Assembly (NCBI GenBank): GCA_049970895.1 | Contig: JBMFMB010000009.1 | Span: 1,010 to 59,943, forward strand | Reading direction: 5' to 3' | Source: Candidatus Bathyarchaeia archaeon | Lineage (GTDB): Archaea > Thermoproteota > Bathyarchaeia > Bathyarchaeales > Bathycorpusculaceae | DNA: 58,934 nucleotides | In this document: in pieces, positions 56,155-58,934 of the stretch | How the letters are laid out: each line of letters opens with the position of its first letter | Numbering within the stretch: the stretch's first letter is position 1 | Program-made: the position numbers and the translations under genes | Notes under the pieces: model-generated | Databases searched by the model: none | What the model was told of the DNA's origin: nothing | The model's input: the letters and a program-made list of their open reading frames with translations, nothing else

Positions 56155-58934
56155 CTAAGCGAAGTCTATTAGGCTAATTTGCTTTGGTTTTTTACCCTCA
56201 AAAAGTGAGTTAATCTCCTCCCGTACAAGCATAATCCTTTGGCTATAATAGCGAGGCAAATCATACTTCCTAATTATGTGCTCAGCAGCCTCAAGATACT
56301 TCTCTATACCGCCCCGATAAACTGTTAAGGTTAATTCTCCACCGCATATTGGACACTTACCCCGCAGTGGCAAACGGCGGAAACGCTTATTGCAAGCTTT
56401 ACAACGGAAGCCCTGCGTCGAGAAAGCCCGAAGATTTCCGGAGATGTCACGGATAAAATGCTTCACCAAGACCTTTAGGGCAACTTTTCTGGCATCTACA
56501 GCCTCAATTTTCTCTGCAAGAGACAATTGCCCATTAAGCTTTTCCACCATGGTTTTGAAGCGTTTGTAGGCGCTTTCCTCATTCCCCATATTAATATTTG
56601 AAACGGGAACTGTGAAGCGGAAGCCCTCAAACTGTGCTTCTGTTCCAAGGCGATATTCAACAAGGTCGATTAGTTGGCTTAAGTGCTTCGCCTCTGCCTG
56701 CTCCAAGGTTTTTTGGTAAAACTCTAATGGATAGGTATCAGCCACATCAAAGTCGTGGGCTTGCCTTTGCACCTCTCTCGGATTAACTATGGGGATTAAT
56801 AGAAGAGGCGCGTCCATTATGCCGCCAATTTGGGCTGGTAGGAAAACTCTTGAGAAGTTTAGAAGAGTATCTAGTGCAAGCATCAGGGCGTCCTCGTCGC
56901 CGTCACAGTCTCTGCGCTTGGCAGAGTGCCAAATTGGATGGGCATAGCAAACATTCAAACTTGTAAAGCCAATTATCCGCCCGAGAATGCCAACAGACGT
57001 GTGGGGCGCCAAGCCGATGATCAAGTGCCCAACAAGGTCTTCGACTCGCTTAACGTTGTAATATGGTGGCAGTCCGTAAACCTTCACTAAAAGTTCATCA
57101 ACAAAATTTGCCACGCGCACAAAGTATTCTGCACACTTACTCGGGATAATAACGTCTTGGATTTTCAGTTCGCATATTTGGTCCGAGCTTGTTAGAGAAT
57201 TGCCATAAGCATCAGTTGTGTAACCAAGCTGGACAAGTTTTTCGACTGAAACTCCGATTTCAGATGGTTTGAAATGGGTTAATGGAGCGTTTGTTGCATC
57301 AAAGCGAATTGTGCCATCCTTATAAACGGACAAGTCATATTTTACCCGCAAAACACCTTTCTCAAGAATCTCTGGAGTCTTAGTCTCATTCGTTAGACCT
57401 TTAACGCCCTTGAAAACCTTCAGACCCGAAACTCCCAGGCGGGCACACGCCTCATCAAGCAACTCTTTAATGTTAATTTCTTGCCGCATATAGGAAACAG
57501 CGGAAACCTTACAAACTGGGCAATCACCACCACCGTTAAGGGTTCTCCCACATCTTGGACAAACATACTCCAGAACAGTCTTAGAACCACATACCGGACA
57601 CTTAATTCCAAGGGCATCTACCTTACATGACGGACATTTCCGCTTAACAACTTCCACTTTAACCCTTTCGCGCCTAGCAGCCTCCAAAAGATCCCTTTGA
57701 GAACCACCAGCCAAACCCACAGGGAACAAAACATGCACTAGGGGCTTCATTTCCCGTCTCTTGGCTTTCTCTGGACGCCCCATCCTCGCGCCGACAAAAG
57801 TTGACGCTTTATCCTTAATAACCACACCACAAAGCTCCTTAACAGCCTCCAAAATATCTACGCTTTGACGGAAATCGATGTTTGAGTTTTTGATGCCAAG
57901 ACAGAAGGCGAAGGCACACGCGTCATCTCCCTCGATATTTATTTTGCCATCTGAGACCTTATGGGGTAGGCATATAGCCTCCAACGCCCTCTTAACACGC
58001 TCATCCATCATGCCAACTACGCGTTTGACGAAGCCCTCATTGTCATATTCCATTTCAGCCGTATTCAACCATTCCCTAAGAAGCTTAAGCTCCTCAACAG
58101 AGCCTAAACTAGACCAGAAAAATATGAAAGCCGGATGAAGCGGAACACCAACATTTAACGAAAGGGCTATGGCTTCTTTGCATGTAGGCTTATTCACAAA
58201 CGGATTTTCCAGAAAACTTCTAAGCTTCTCGATGGATATCCCAGTAGCGGTTGCCACCTTCTCAAAGTCTCCTCCAAACTTCTCAGCGATGGCTTTCCTT
58301 AAATCTTCAACCCACCACTCTTCCACGTAACCGGCGGGAACAAGTCTCTTACCTTGATAGAGGAAATCTCCAAAGCTTACAAGAATGTCGCCCAAGAATA
58401 GGATTTTCTCAATTCTATCCTTAACACCTCTGAAGTTTTCCATAGTGACACGAACAACCGAGCCATCCCTCAATTTCACTATCGGCGGCTCTATGGTGTC
58501 AACTGGCACGGCAATGCCGCCCTTCCCAGGAAGTTCCAAGCGAAGTTGGGTGCCCACCGCAATGAAGCCTTGAAGGACGAGCATTGTGGCTGGATGGATG
58601 CCAATGGCTGTCAACCCCGTGTTTCTAGCCCTTCCATAGCGTAGGCGAAAACCACCACGCCTAGCTGGAAAAGAAAATATGGGGCGCCCAGCGACAATGT
58701 CGTCCATGAAGCCGGCAGACTTCTTTTCCGACATCTTCCTAATTTCCTTAAGCCAATCCCAACCTTGAATGCCCAGTTTTTCCACAATAGCCCAAACCTT
58801 CGAAGCCCGCCCAACAATTCCATCGTTAACCACACGTAGAGCCCCGCCCCTAACTCTATTAGTTTCGATGCGTGGCAGATTCCGATAAGAGGAAACCTCC
58901 ACGGGGTCGGATTCTGTGCCAGTAACCTCCACGG
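56155..58934 (-). CDS. polC: DNA polymerase D large subunit DP2 (5' end outside window)
   Basis: GGFRLRYGRARNTG, GARMGRPEK, KDGTIRFD, AKRRDCDGDED, Zn fingers, C-terminal PIP box QISLIDF. Confidence 0.98.
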   Translation of the reverse strand, partial: VEVTGTESDPVEVSSYRNLPRIETNRVRGGALRVVNDGIVGRASKVWAIVEKLGIQGWDWLKEIRKMSEKKSAGFMDDIVAGRPIFSFPARRGGFRLRYGRARNTGLTAIGIHPATMLVLQGFIAVGTQLRLELPGKGGIAVPVDTIEPPIVKLRDGSVVRVTMENFRGVKDRIEKILFLGDILVSFGDFLYQGKRLVPAGYVEEWWVEDLRKAIAEKFGGDFEKVATATGISIEKLRSFLENPFVNKPTCKEAIALSLNVGVPLHPAFIFFWSSLGSVEELKLLREWLNTAEMEYDNEGFVKRVVGMMDERVKRALEAICLPHKVSDGKINIEGDDACAFAFCLGIKNSNIDFRQSVDILEAVKELCGVVIKDKASTFVGARMGRPEKAKRREMKPLVHVLFPVGLAGGSQRDLLEAARRERVKVEVVKRKCPSCKVDALGIKCPVCGSKTVLEYVCPRCGRTLNGGGDCPVCKVSAVSYMRQEINIKELLDEACARLGVSGLKVFKGVKGLTNETKTPEILEKGVLRVKYDLSVYKDGTIRFDATNAPLTHFKPSEIGVSVEKLVQLGYTTDAYGNSLTSSDQICELKIQDVIIPSKCAEYFVRVANFVDELLVKVYGLPPYYNVKRVEDLVGHLIIGLAPHTSVGILGRIIGFTSLNVCYAHPIWHSAKRRDCDGDEDALMLALDTLLNFSRVFLPAQIGGIMDAPLLLIPIVNPREVQRQAHDFDVADTYPLEFYQKTLEQAEAKHLSQLIDLVEYRLGTEAQFEGFRFTVPVSNINMGNEESAYKRFKTMVEKLNGQLSLAEKIEAVDARKVALKVLVKHFIRDISGNLRAFSTQGFRCKACNKRFRRLPLRGKCPICGGELTLTVYRGGIEKYLEAAEHIIRKYDLPRYYSQRIMLVREEINSLFEGKKPKQISLIDFA

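Noticed and set aside
56155-58934. Intein in DP2
   Set aside because: No insertion or intein motifs in the visible part
1-58934. CRISPR array, rRNA, or genome-wide stop-codon recoding
   Set aside because: No periodic repeat-spacer array or rRNA seen; all three stop codons end conserved genes normally

Overview
This is an archaeal chromosomal window. Gene content and order (PolD DP2, Alba, Fae-Hps, a PEF-CTERM protein, an integrase remnant ending RKRK) suggest Bathyarchaeia, which is an inference. From about 12 kb to the end it is dense housekeeping DNA: ribosomal proteins, RNA polymerase subunits, eIF2g, eIF5A, SRP54, Pus10, KsgA, Csl4, Dph2, PpsA, POR, SHMT, XPD/XPF and DP2. The first 12 kb is accessory. 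It holds an FmdE plus metal ABC-transporter operon with a NikR-like operator, a frameshifted Zn-finger/wHTH pseudogene whose leader is antisense to its own coding region, and a decaying island beside tRNA-Gly(TCC). That island carries a tyrosine integrase and an IS256/MULE-like transposase with a long C-terminal extension and a tandem palindromic operator; the tRNA has a non-canonical 29/30 BHB intron. A second, internally deleted integrase abuts a partly duplicated 5' end of tRNA-Glu(CTC). Features not in the ORF track include a box C/D sRNA at 42425-42489, Sec61beta, a 47-aa antisense ORF and several pseudogenes. An HTH domain fused to Fae-Hps is the most notable protein architecture. All family assignments come from motif recognition; no searches were run.
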